A stretch of 43,997 nt of DNA from an uncultured Jannaschia sp. (GTDB lineage: Bacteria; Pseudomonadota; Alphaproteobacteria; Rhodobacterales; Rhodobacteraceae): the NCBI GenBank assembly GCA_937916365.1, contig CALFSY010000249.1, forward strand, positions 1-43,997, read 5' to 3'. The notes under the pieces are model-generated. The model was not told the origin of the DNA. It ran no database searches and saw nothing but the letters and a program-made list of their open reading frames with translations. The stretch's first letter is position 1. Every line of letters begins with the position of its first letter. The position numbers were made by a program, and so were the translations under genes. Shown piece after piece: positions 29,421-38,022 of this stretch.

Positions 29421-29780
29421 ATGACCGATGATTCGTTTCGTGCCTCCATCAACGACATCTGTGCGGGCCTGCCAGGCGCCGAATGGTCCGACCCGTGGGG
29501 CGGGGGGCACGATGCGTGGAAGGTGGGCGGCAAAATGTTTGCCTGCATGGGCGCGGTGTATCCGGGCGTATCGGTCAAAACCCCCGATGTGGAAACCGCG
29601 GCAATGTTGATCGAGGCCGGCGTGGCCCGCAAAGCGCCCTATTTCCACCGGTCTTGGGTGAACCTGCCCGAAGATGTCACGGCAGAGGACCTGCGCCACC
29701 GTATTCTTACCTCATATGACATCATGCGCGCGAGCCTAACGAAAAAGGCGCAGGCGGCCCTGCCCCCGCGCAAGGATTAG
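29421..29780 (+). CDS. MmcQ/YjbR family (DUF419) protein
   Basis: 119 aa and soluble. The pattern …LPGAEWSDPWGGGHDAWKVGGKMFA…YFHRSWVNLP… matches the YjbR fold family. It is wedged between the two permease genes, with 2-nt and 4-nt spacers. Confidence 0.7.
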   Translation: MTDDSFRASINDICAGLPGAEWSDPWGGGHDAWKVGGKMFACMGAVYPGVSVKTPDVETAAMLIEAGVARKAPYFHRSWVNLPEDVTAEDLRHRILTSYDIMRASLTKKAQAALPPRKD

Positions 29781-29784
29781 GTCG

Positions 29785-30633
29785 ATGTTTCCCACCCCCA
29801 TCCAAAACCGCCCGCAAATGGCGCAGATCACCTATCAGGCGCTATTGCCCGTGGCGTTAATTTTGTGGTTGCTACCATTGATCGCGGTGATGTTGTTTTC
29901 CATCCGCCCGTTTACGGATTTCACCGCCGGCAATTATTGGGGCTTGCCATCGTCATTCGACATGGTCTCCAATTACGGGCGTGTCTTTTTTGACTCGGAC
30001 ATGCCGCGATACTTGTTAAACTCAGTGCTTATCACTGTGCCCACCGTATTCGGCGCCGTTGCGTTGTCATGTATGACGGGCTTTGCCCTGGGCCTTTATC
30101 GGTTTCGCGGCAACCTTTTGATTTTCTTTATGTTCATCGCGGGCAATTTTGTTCCCTTTCAAATCCTTATGGTGCCGGTGCGCGATTTGACGGTGGGCCT
30201 GGGGCTGTATGACACAAAACTGGGTCTGGTGTTGTTTCACACCGCCTTTCAAACCGGGTTTTGCACGCTATTCATGCGCAACTTTATCCGCGCCTTACCG
30301 TTTGAGTTGGTCGAGGCGGCGCGCGTTGAAGGTGTGGCCGAATGGCGCATTTTCTGGTTTATTGTTCTGCCGCTGATGCGTCCGGCGATTGCCGCGCTTT
30401 CGGTATTGATTTTTACCTTTATTTGGAACGATTATTTTTGGGCCGTGGTGCTAACCCAAGGCCCCGGTGCGCAGCCGGTGACGGCGGGCATCACCGCGTT
30501 TAATTCACAATTCGTGGCACAATACCATTTGATGAGCGCGGGGTCGATCGTTGCTGCGATCCCGCCTGTGGCGATCTTTTTCCTGCTGCAACGCCATTTC
30601 ATTGCTGGGCTGACATTGGGGGCTGTGAAATGA
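29785..30633 (+). CDS. Sugar ABC transporter permease (MalG/UgpE-like)
   Basis: 282 aa with 6 TM segments and an EAA loop (…ELVEAARVEGVAEWRIFWFIVLPLMRPA…). Confidence 0.88.
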   Translation: MFPTPIQNRPQMAQITYQALLPVALILWLLPLIAVMLFSIRPFTDFTAGNYWGLPSSFDMVSNYGRVFFDSDMPRYLLNSVLITVPTVFGAVALSCMTGFALGLYRFRGNLLIFFMFIAGNFVPFQILMVPVRDLTVGLGLYDTKLGLVLFHTAFQTGFCTLFMRNFIRALPFELVEAARVEGVAEWRIFWFIVLPLMRPAIAALSVLIFTFIWNDYFWAVVLTQGPGAQPVTAGITAFNSQFVAQYHLMSAGSIVAAIPPVAIFFLLQRHFIAGLTLGAVK

Positions 30634-31973
30634 CCATCAAACTGGCCTTTATTGGGGCGGGATCCACGATTTTTATGAAAAACATCGTGGGTGATATGTT
30701 GCATTTCCCCACATTGTCTGACGCCAACATCGCGTTGATGGATATTGACCCCAATCGTTTGGCCGATTCTGCGCTGGTGGCGCGCAAAATGATTGCCACC
30801 ATGGGCACCAACGCCACAGTCATGACAACGACCGACCGCGCGCGCGCTCTGGATGGTGCCGATTTTGTTATCGCGGCGTTTCAAATCGGTGGGTATCGCC
30901 CCGCCACGGTGATAGATTTTGACATTCCCAAAACCTATGGGTTGCGGCAAACAATCGGTGATACCCTAGGCGTGGGTGGCATTATGCGGGGGCTGCGCAC
31001 CGTGCCGCACCTGTGGGCGTTAGCCGGTGATATGGCGCGCCTATGCCCCGATGCGATGTTGTTGCAATATGTCAACCCGATGGCGATCAACACCTGGGCG
31101 TTGGCAGCGCGTTACCCTAACCTGCGTCATGTGGGCCTGTGCCATTCGGTGCAAAACACCGTGGCCGAGCTGGCCCATGATCTGGACCTGGCTGTGGGTG
31201 ACATCCGCCACCGTGTGGCGGGGATCAACCATGTGGCGTTTTTTTTGGACCTGTCGCATCAGGGCCAATCGCTCTATCCCCGTTTGCGGGCGGGGTATCG
31301 CGCGGGGCATTTGCCCAAAACCCCGTTGGAACGGCCCCATTGCCTTAACAAAGTGCGGTATGAGGTGATGGAACATCTGGGTTATTTTTGCACCGAAAGC
31401 TCGGAACATTTGGCCGAATATGTGCCGTGGTTCATCAAAGATGGGCGCGATGATTTGATCGCGGCCTTTGGCATCCCGCTTGATGAATACCCCGCGCGGT
31501 GTGCGGCACAGATGGCCGATTGGGCCACACAGGCCGCCGCGTTGCGCCACACCGGCACGGTTGAAGTTGCGCAATCGCACGAATTTGCGGCCGCAATCAT
31601 GAACGCCATGCTGACCAATGTGCCGATCACGATAACCGCGAACCTGCCCAACACTGGCCAAATCCCGCAGCTGCCCCCGGGGGCGGCGGTGGAAACCCCC
31701 ACGGTGGTCGATGCGAATGGGTGTCAGCCTACGGTTGTGGCGGACATTCCGCCACAGTTGATCGCGTTGATGCGCACGCAAATCAATGTGCAAGAGCTGG
31801 TGGTGCGCGCCCTGATGGATGAAAACGTCGATCACATTTACCATGCCGCGTATATGGATCCCCACACCGCCGCCGAACTTGATCTGCGCCAAATCCGCAG
31901 TTTGGTAAGCGATCTGTTGGTCGCCCATGGGGATTGGGTGCCACCTTGGGCACGGGGGCGGCGGGCGGCATGA
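30630..31973 (+). CDS. melA: GH4 NAD+/Mn2+-dependent alpha-galactosidase
   Basis: 447 aa, collinear with E. coli MelA. Shared segments include KLAFIGAGSTIFMKNIVGD…IALMDIDPNRL…AFQIGGY…YVNPMAINTW…VGLCHSVQ…GINHVAFF…TESSEHLAEYVPWFIK…VYHAAYMDPHTAA. Its ATG overlaps the permease TGA. Confidence 0.9.
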   Translation: MTIKLAFIGAGSTIFMKNIVGDMLHFPTLSDANIALMDIDPNRLADSALVARKMIATMGTNATVMTTTDRARALDGADFVIAAFQIGGYRPATVIDFDIPKTYGLRQTIGDTLGVGGIMRGLRTVPHLWALAGDMARLCPDAMLLQYVNPMAINTWALAARYPNLRHVGLCHSVQNTVAELAHDLDLAVGDIRHRVAGINHVAFFLDLSHQGQSLYPRLRAGYRAGHLPKTPLERPHCLNKVRYEVMEHLGYFCTESSEHLAEYVPWFIKDGRDDLIAAFGIPLDEYPARCAAQMADWATQAAALRHTGTVEVAQSHEFAAAIMNAMLTNVPITITANLPNTGQIPQLPPGAAVETPTVVDANGCQPTVVADIPPQLIALMRTQINVQELVVRALMDENVDHIYHAAYMDPHTAAELDLRQIRSLVSDLLVAHGDWVPPWARGRRAA

Positions 31974-32734
31974 TGGCAACTTTTCCCGATCTTGCGGGCC
32001 GGTCGGTGTTTATCACCGGTGGCGGGTCTGGCATTGGCGCCGCGTTGACCGAGGCATTTTTGCGCCAAGGGGCCAACGTGGCCTTTGCACAGCGGTCCGA
32101 GGCCGGTGCATTTGTTGATTCTATGGCCGATCAAACCGGCAATCGCCCGCTGTTTGTGCCCTGCGATATTACCGATATTCCTGCGTTAAAGGCCGCGCTG
32201 GCGACCGCCGCCGCGGCCCACGGCCCGATCACCGCGTTAATCAACAACGCCGCCAACGATCACCGCCACACCACCGAAGAAGTTAGCGAAGAATTTTGGG
32301 ATTGGGCGCAAGCGATCAACCTAAAGGCATACTTTTTCGCCTGTCAGGCCGTGATTGCGGGGATGCGCGCGGCAGGCGGCGGTGCGATTATCAATGTCTC
32401 GTCAATCGCCTACATCATGGGCAACGCGGGCTATCCCGCCTATACCACCGCCAATGGCGGCATCACGGCATTGACCCGCAGCTTGGCGCGCGAATTTGGC
32501 CCCGATAACATTCGCGTCAACGCGCTGTTGCCCGGGTGGGTGATGACGCAAAAACAACGCGATCTTTGGGCCACACCGCAGGCTTTGGCCGACCATCTGG
32601 ATCGGCAATGCCTAAAAACCCATCTTACGCCCCAGGATATAACCGGCGGTGCGTTGTTTTTGGCCTCAGACATCTCAACCATGATGACGGGCCAGGCGTT
32701 GGTGATCGACGGCGGTGTGGTGGTGACGGGATGA
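31970..32734 (+). CDS. SDR family oxidoreductase (candidate D-galactose 1-dehydrogenase of the De Ley-Doudoroff route)
   Basis: It carries TGGGSGIG, NNAA and the YxxxK-like context (YPAYTTANGG). It is translationally coupled to melA upstream and dgoK downstream. The substrate assignment rests on context only. Confidence 0.8.
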   Translation: MMATFPDLAGRSVFITGGGSGIGAALTEAFLRQGANVAFAQRSEAGAFVDSMADQTGNRPLFVPCDITDIPALKAALATAAAAHGPITALINNAANDHRHTTEEVSEEFWDWAQAINLKAYFFACQAVIAGMRAAGGGAIINVSSIAYIMGNAGYPAYTTANGGITALTRSLAREFGPDNIRVNALLPGWVMTQKQRDLWATPQALADHLDRQCLKTHLTPQDITGGALFLASDISTMMTGQALVIDGGVVVTG

Positions 32735-33651
32735 ACGCCAAAGGATTTGCTGATTGGGTCGCGGTGGATTGGGGCACCACGCATCTGCGGGCCTGGGCCA
32801 TGGCGCACGATGGCACGGTGCAGGCACAGGCCGGATCACAGGATGGCATGGGCCGATTGGCCCGGCATGAATTTGAACCTGCACTTTTGGCGCTAATCGA
32901 CGATTGGATCGGGCCGCGCCCAACGCCCGTTGTTGCGTGCGGCATGGTGGGCGCGCGGCAAGGGTGGGTTGAGGCCCCCTATACCCCCGTGCCTGTGGCG
33001 CCGCACACCTTGCGCCCCGTGCCGGTGCCCCATGTGGGCGACCCGCGGGTGCGATTGTGGATTGTGCCGGGGTTAAGCCAAACAAAACCGCCCGACGTCA
33101 TGCGCGGCGAAGAAACCCAAATTACCGGTTTTTTGGTGGCACAGCCCACGTTCGACGGGGTGTTGTGCCTGCCTGGCACACACACAAAATGGGTGCGGAT
33201 CAGCGCGGCCGAGGTGGTTAACTTTCAAACCTACATGACGGGTGAGGTGTTTGACCTTTTGGCCCATCAAAGCGTGCTGCGCCATGACGTGGCCAAAGAG
33301 GGCGCGATGGATCACTTGGTTTTTCAGGCGGCCGTGGATGACGCACTGTCGCGCCCCGAACGGATGGCGCAGAGGTTGTTCGCGCTGCGGGCAGGGGCGA
33401 TTTTGGATGGCACCACCCCTGCCGCCACCCGCGCGCGGCTGTCCGGCACATTGATCGGGGCCGAACTGTCTGCGGCCCGCCCCTATTGGTTGGGGCAGGA
33501 TGTTGTGGTGGCCGGGGCGCAAGGTTTGGCCCATCTTTATGCGCACGCTTTGCGGGGGCAGGGCGCCCAAACCCAAACCATCGCCGATGATGTGCTCACG
33601 CAAACTGGCCTTACACATTTTTATACGTCACAGATACAAGGCGTTTTTTGA
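32731..33651 (+). CDS. dgoK: 2-dehydro-3-deoxygalactonokinase
   Basis: The sequence MNAKGFADWVAVDWGTTHLRAWAM…MRGEETQI…LPGTHTKWV… is the DgoK pattern. Its ATG overlaps the SDR TGA. The ORF-track start at 32536 lies inside the SDR gene. Confidence 0.85.
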   Translation: MNAKGFADWVAVDWGTTHLRAWAMAHDGTVQAQAGSQDGMGRLARHEFEPALLALIDDWIGPRPTPVVACGMVGARQGWVEAPYTPVPVAPHTLRPVPVPHVGDPRVRLWIVPGLSQTKPPDVMRGEETQITGFLVAQPTFDGVLCLPGTHTKWVRISAAEVVNFQTYMTGEVFDLLAHQSVLRHDVAKEGAMDHLVFQAAVDDALSRPERMAQRLFALRAGAILDGTTPAATRARLSGTLIGAELSAARPYWLGQDVVVAGAQGLAHLYAHALRGQGAQTQTIADDVLTQTGLTHFYTSQIQGVF

Positions 33652-34273
33652 TATTACCCATCGCCCCCTGATTGCCATTTTGCGTGGCCTACCGCCCCAG
33701 GATGCCGCCGCCATTGGGGCCGCGTTGATTGCGGCCGGGATCACGCAGATCGAGGTGCCGTTGAACTCTCCCGATCCGTTCAAAAGTATTGAGGTTTTGA
33801 CCGCTCAATTCGGGGCGCAGGCGTTGATTGGGGCGGGCACGGTTTTAACAGTGGAGGACGTGCAGGCCGTCGCCGAATGTGGCGGGCGTTTGATTGTGTC
33901 GCCAAACATTGATCCGGCGGTTGTGGCAGAAACCAAGCGGCGGGGGCTGCACAGTATGCCGGGCGTTTTGACGCCGTCGGAATGTTTCGCGGCGGTGGGG
34001 GCCAGGGCCGATGGGTTGAAAATATTTCCGGCGCACCTGTTGGGGGTTGCGGGGTTAAAGGCCTTGCGTGCCGTGTTGCCCCCGGCGATGCGGGTGTTCA
34101 TGGTGGGCGGTGTTGGCCCCGAGACATTTGCCGAATGGCTGGCCGCGGGGGCCGATGGGTTTGGGATGGGCACCGCGTTGTATCACCCCGGGGCGGCGGC
34201 AGATGATGTGCGCTGCCGGGCACAGCGCATGGTTGCGGCCTATGACACCGCCGCCAAGGGCCCTATGGCATGA
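33590..34273 (+). CDS. dgoA: 2-dehydro-3-deoxy-6-phosphogalactonate aldolase (start uncertain)
   Basis: The sequence …PLIAILRGLPPQDAAAIGAALIAAGITQIEVPLNSPDPFKSIEVL…ALIGAGTVLTVEDV…LIVSPN…PGV.TPSE…LKIFPA… is collinear with E. coli DgoA. The only canonical starts (ATG 33587 and 33590) overlap dgoK by about 62-65 nt. Confidence 0.85.
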   Translation: MCSRKLALHIFIRHRYKAFFDITHRPLIAILRGLPPQDAAAIGAALIAAGITQIEVPLNSPDPFKSIEVLTAQFGAQALIGAGTVLTVEDVQAVAECGGRLIVSPNIDPAVVAETKRRGLHSMPGVLTPSECFAAVGARADGLKIFPAHLLGVAGLKALRAVLPPAMRVFMVGGVGPETFAEWLAAGADGFGMGTALYHPGAAADDVRCRAQRMVAAYDTAAKGPMA

Positions 34274-35148
34274 CGCCCGCCACGGCCACGGTGTTTGATG
34301 ATCACCCCTGTCTTTTGGGCGAAGGCGCGTTGTGGCACCCGCGGCGAAACTGCCTGTTTTGGTTTGATATTATGGGCAACCGGCTTTTGATGCGTGGGGC
34401 GGGTCAGGCGCAGACGACGCAGGGTTGGTCGTTTGATTGCCATGTCTCGGCCGCTGGATGGGTGGATGACACCACCCTGCTGATCGCAAGCGAAACAGAT
34501 TTGATGCGCTTTGACATTGAAACCGGCGCGACCGTCCCCATGGTGGGGCTAGAGGGCGATACCCCCACCACGCGTTCAAACGATGGGCGGGCGGACCCAT
34601 GGGGCGGGTTTTGGATTGGCACCATGGGCAAACAGGCCGCGCGCGGGGCCGGCGCGCTGTATCGGTATTATCAGGGCGCGGTGCGGCGGTTGCGCGGCAA
34701 CATCACGATCCCCAACGCCATATGTTTTGCGCCTGATGGGCAGGTGGCCTATGTCGCCGATACCGCCGAACACATCGTGTGGCGGGTCGCGCTGGACCCT
34801 CAGGGGTGGCCCGTGGGCGATTGGCATGTTTGGTTGGACCACCGGCAAAACGGGCGAAACCCCGATGGGGCGGTGGTGGACGCCCAGGGCCGATTTTGGT
34901 GCGCCGAGTGGGGCGCGGCGCGGGTGGCGTGTTATGCGCCCGGTGGCGCATTGGTCCACACCATCCCGTTGCCCGTGCCGCAGCCCACCTGTCCGGCGTT
35001 TGGAGGCGCGGACCTTACGACGCTATACATCACTACCGCCCGGCAGGGGTTGACGGTGGCGGATATGCAGGCCACGCCCCTATCGGGGCAAACGTTTCAG
35101 ATTGCTACCCAAACCCAAGGGCAGGCGGAACATCGGGTGATCCTGTGA
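34270..35148 (+). CDS. SMP-30/gluconolactonase/LRE-family lactonase (candidate galactonolactonase)
   Basis: 292 aa. It carries …LGEGALWHP…NRLLM…RSNDGRADPWGGFWIGTM…PNAICF.PDG…ADT…NPDGAVVDAQGRFW…, a beta-propeller lactonase pattern. There is an ATGA overlap with dgoA. Confidence 0.8.
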   Translation: MTPATATVFDDHPCLLGEGALWHPRRNCLFWFDIMGNRLLMRGAGQAQTTQGWSFDCHVSAAGWVDDTTLLIASETDLMRFDIETGATVPMVGLEGDTPTTRSNDGRADPWGGFWIGTMGKQAARGAGALYRYYQGAVRRLRGNITIPNAICFAPDGQVAYVADTAEHIVWRVALDPQGWPVGDWHVWLDHRQNGRNPDGAVVDAQGRFWCAEWGAARVACYAPGGALVHTIPLPVPQPTCPAFGGADLTTLYITTARQGLTVADMQATPLSGQTFQIATQTQGQAEHRVIL

Positions 35149-37055
35149 CACCACGCAAACGCACATTAGGCACCTGTTATTACCCCGAACATTGGCCTGA
35201 AACTCTTTGGGCCGATGATGCCAAACGCATGGCTGATTTGGGACTGACATGGGTGCGGGTGGGCGAATTCGCTTGGTCCCGTTTGGAACCACAGCCCGGG
35301 GTGTGGCAGTTCGATTGGCTGGACCGCGCGATTGCGATGTTGCGCGATCATGGCCTTTTCATCGTGTTGGGCACCCCCACGGCCACGCCCCCGCGGTGGA
35401 TGCTGGACAAATACCCCGATATGTTGCCGGTGGATGCCGCGGGCCGCACGCGCCGGTTCGGATCGCGGCGGCATTATTGTTTTTCCCACGATGGATACCG
35501 GCAAGAGGCCGCGCGCATCGCTGATGTTTTGGCACAACGATACGGCCATATCGTGCAGGCCTGGCAAATTGATAATGAATATGGGTGCCACAACACAACC
35601 TACAGTTATTCCAAGGCTGCGCGCGGGGCATTTCGCACCTGGCTGGCACAAGAATACGAGGGCATTGCGGCGCTCAACCACGCATGGGGCAATGTATTTT
35701 GGTCGATGGAATACAGCACGTTTGACCAGATTGATTTGCCAAACCTTACGGTCGCCGGGGCCAACCCCGCCCATGTTTTGGATTTCCGGCGGTTTTCGTC
35801 CGCCCAAGTGGCGCGGTTCAACGCCGCCCAGGTCGCGGCCATTCGTGCCCATTCCCCCGCCCCGATTAGCCACAATTATATGGGCCGCAGCACCGATTTT
35901 GACCATGTTGTTTTGGCACGCCAAATGGACATCGCCACGTGGGATAGTTACCCCCTAGGGTTTTTGGAAGATCGGCTTGAAACCACCGCCGCCCATAAAC
36001 GCGCCTATGCCCGCCAGGGTGATCCGGATTTTCAGGCGTTTCATCACGATCTTTATCGCGGTATGGCGGGGCAGGGCCGGTGGTGGGTGATGGAACAACA
36101 ACCCGGCCCCGTCAACTGGGCCCCTCACAACCCCGCGCCGTTGCCCGGGATGGTGCGATTATGGACGTGGGAGGCCTTTGCCCACGGTGCCGAATGCGTC
36201 AGCTATTTTCGGTGGCGCCAGGCGCCGTTTGGCCAAGAACAATACCACGCAGGCCTGCTGCGCCCCGATCATGGTGTGACACCAGGGTTGACCGAGGCCG
36301 CCCACGTGGCCCGTGAGATGGCAACGATGCCCGATGTCGAACACACACAGGCCCCTGTGGCATTGGTGTTTGATTATCCGTCTGCCTGGGGGTGGGATAT
36401 TCAACCCCAAGGCGCGGGTTGCGATTATTTTCGTTTGGTGTTTGATTTCTACTGCGGCTTGCGAAAACTGGGCCTGTCGATTGATATTATCCCGGCTGAG
36501 GCCGCGGCGTTGACGGGGTACAAAATTGTTCTGGTGCCAGGTGTGCTTCGCCTGTCGCCGGCGTTTATCGCCACGCTGGCGCAAACACAGGCGCAGGTGA
36601 TCCTGGGGCCACGCACCAATGCGAACGCGCCCACGTTTCAGATACCTGTGCCGTTGCCCCCGGCGATCCCGGGGTGTGATGTGCGTGTTACGCATGTTGA
36701 AACACTACGCCCTGATATGCCGGTCGCGGTGGCGGGCGGCGGGCATGTGATGTTTTGGTATGAGCATTTGGATGGTCGCGTGCAGGTGATCGACCAAGAT
36801 GATACGGGTGCCCCGATCATGGTGCGGGCGGGCCATTTGCATTACCTGGGCGGATGGCCCGATGCGGCCTATCTAACGCGCATTCTAATGCGCCTGACGC
36901 AACAGGCGGGTGTAAAAACCTACACGTTGCCTTCGGGCGTGCGGATGCGCGAAACGGGTAAAACGCGATTTATTTTTAACCACACAAAAACGCCCGTGTG
37001 TTTTAACGGCACAACAATGCACCCCGCAGGGGTGTTTTGGGAAAGATTACAATAA
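35145..37055 (+). CDS. GH42 beta-galactosidase
   Basis: The N-terminus (V)TPRKRTLGTCYYPEHWPETLWADDAKRMADLGLTWVRVGEFAWSRLEPQPGVWQFDWLD…GTPTATPPRWM… and the W.IDNEYG catalytic acid/base region identify GH42. GTG 35145 overlaps the lactonase TGA. The ORF-track start at 34779 lies inside the lactonase gene. Confidence 0.88.
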   Translation: MTPRKRTLGTCYYPEHWPETLWADDAKRMADLGLTWVRVGEFAWSRLEPQPGVWQFDWLDRAIAMLRDHGLFIVLGTPTATPPRWMLDKYPDMLPVDAAGRTRRFGSRRHYCFSHDGYRQEAARIADVLAQRYGHIVQAWQIDNEYGCHNTTYSYSKAARGAFRTWLAQEYEGIAALNHAWGNVFWSMEYSTFDQIDLPNLTVAGANPAHVLDFRRFSSAQVARFNAAQVAAIRAHSPAPISHNYMGRSTDFDHVVLARQMDIATWDSYPLGFLEDRLETTAAHKRAYARQGDPDFQAFHHDLYRGMAGQGRWWVMEQQPGPVNWAPHNPAPLPGMVRLWTWEAFAHGAECVSYFRWRQAPFGQEQYHAGLLRPDHGVTPGLTEAAHVAREMATMPDVEHTQAPVALVFDYPSAWGWDIQPQGAGCDYFRLVFDFYCGLRKLGLSIDIIPAEAAALTGYKIVLVPGVLRLSPAFIATLAQTQAQVILGPRTNANAPTFQIPVPLPPAIPGCDVRVTHVETLRPDMPVAVAGGGHVMFWYEHLDGRVQVIDQDDTGAPIMVRAGHLHYLGGWPDAAYLTRILMRLTQQAGVKTYTLPSGVRMRETGKTRFIFNHTKTPVCFNGTTMHPAGVFWERLQ

Positions 37056-37192
37056 ATTATTTCCTAATCTTAGGGTGATTACAGCCTAAGATCACGAATC
37101 CCGCCGCAATATTGCCGGATGTAAAAAAAGCCCACGGCGTGCATCGGTGCGGTTATTGTGTTGTTTGAGGTGGCCCTCAAACCCACAAAGGC

Positions 37193-38011
37193 TTAATGCC
37201 CCAAAATTTGGCTAAGAAACAGTTTCGTGCGATCGGATTTTGGGTTCGAGAAAAATTCCTGTGGTTCGTTTTCTTCGACAATCTGGCCTTCGTCCATGAA
37301 AATCACGCGGTCGGCCACCTGTCGCGCGAAGCCCATTTCATGGGTGACGCACAACATTGTCATGCCTTCTTCGGCCAGTTGGATCATCGTGTCTAAAACT
37401 TCCTTTATCATTTCTGGATCAAGCGCCGAGGTCGGTTCATCAAACAACATAATGCGCGGGCGCATGCACAACGATCGGGCGATGGCCACGCGCTGTTGTT
37501 GGCCGCCCGACAGTTGACCGGGGTATTTGTATGCTTGATCGGGGATTTTTACTTTTTCCAGAAAATGCATCGCGGTTTCTTCGGCCTCTCTTCGGGCGGT
37601 TTTGCGCACCCAAATTGGCGCCAACGTGCAGTTTTCCAAAATGGTTAGGTGTGGAAACAGATTGAAATGTTGAAAAACCATTCCAACCTCGGATCTGATT
37701 TTATCAATGTTTTTAATGTCGTGGGACAATAATGTGCCGTCAACGACGATTGATCCTTTTTGATGATCTTCTAACGCATTGATGCACCGGATTAGCGTCG
37801 ATTTCCCAGACCCCGAAGGCCCGGCAATGACAATCCGCTCGCCCTGGTGCACAGTCAGGTCAATGTCGCGTAGCACGTGAAATGTGCCAAACCATTTGTT
37901 CATCCCCTGAATTTCAACGGCAATTTCACCGGACCGTTCAATGTGCGAACGGCCTGCATCACCGTTTTTCATAGGGGACGGCGTTTGCGTTCCAACCATT
38001 GCGTCATTCAT
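37193..38011 (-). CDS. aapP: General L-amino-acid ABC transporter ATP-binding protein (AapP/BztD type)
   Basis: Walker A (GPSGSGKST), [15 protein letters not shown] and Walker B ([11 protein letters not shown]) are present. It is the last gene of a J-Q-M-P order operon. Confidence 0.9.
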   Translation of the reverse strand: MNDAMVGTQTPSPMKNGDAGRSHIERSGEIAVEIQGMNKWFGTFHVLRDIDLTVHQGERIVIAGPSGSGKSTLIRCINALEDHQKGSIVVDGTLLSHDIKNIDKIRSEVGMVFQHFNLFPHLTILENCTLAPIWVRKTARREAEETAMHFLEKVKIPDQAYKYPGQLSGGQQQRVAIARSLCMRPRIMLFDEPTSALDPEMIKEVLDTMIQLAEEGMTMLCVTHEMGFARQVADRVIFMDEGQIVEENEPQEFFSNPKSDRTKLFLSQILGH

Positions 38012-38022
38012 GGTGCATTCCT

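Noticed and set aside
31041-31979. Long antisense ORFs inside melA (312 aa), rfbD (23928-24713, 261 aa) and the GH42 gene (35166-35924, 252 aa).
   Set aside because: Each lies opposite a full-length, family-recognisable sense gene. Their translations are R/G/H/P-rich with no domain-like pattern. They are an expected artefact of GC3-rich coding sequence.
37056-37192. Two hairpins in the convergent GH42/aapP spacer: ATCTTAGG/CCTAAGAT at 37068-37093 and TTTGAGG/CCTCAAA at 37164-37181.
   Set aside because: They are probably ordinary transcript-end structures. Neither has a flanking U tract on the relevant strand, so I did not list them as terminators and they are not otherwise remarkable.
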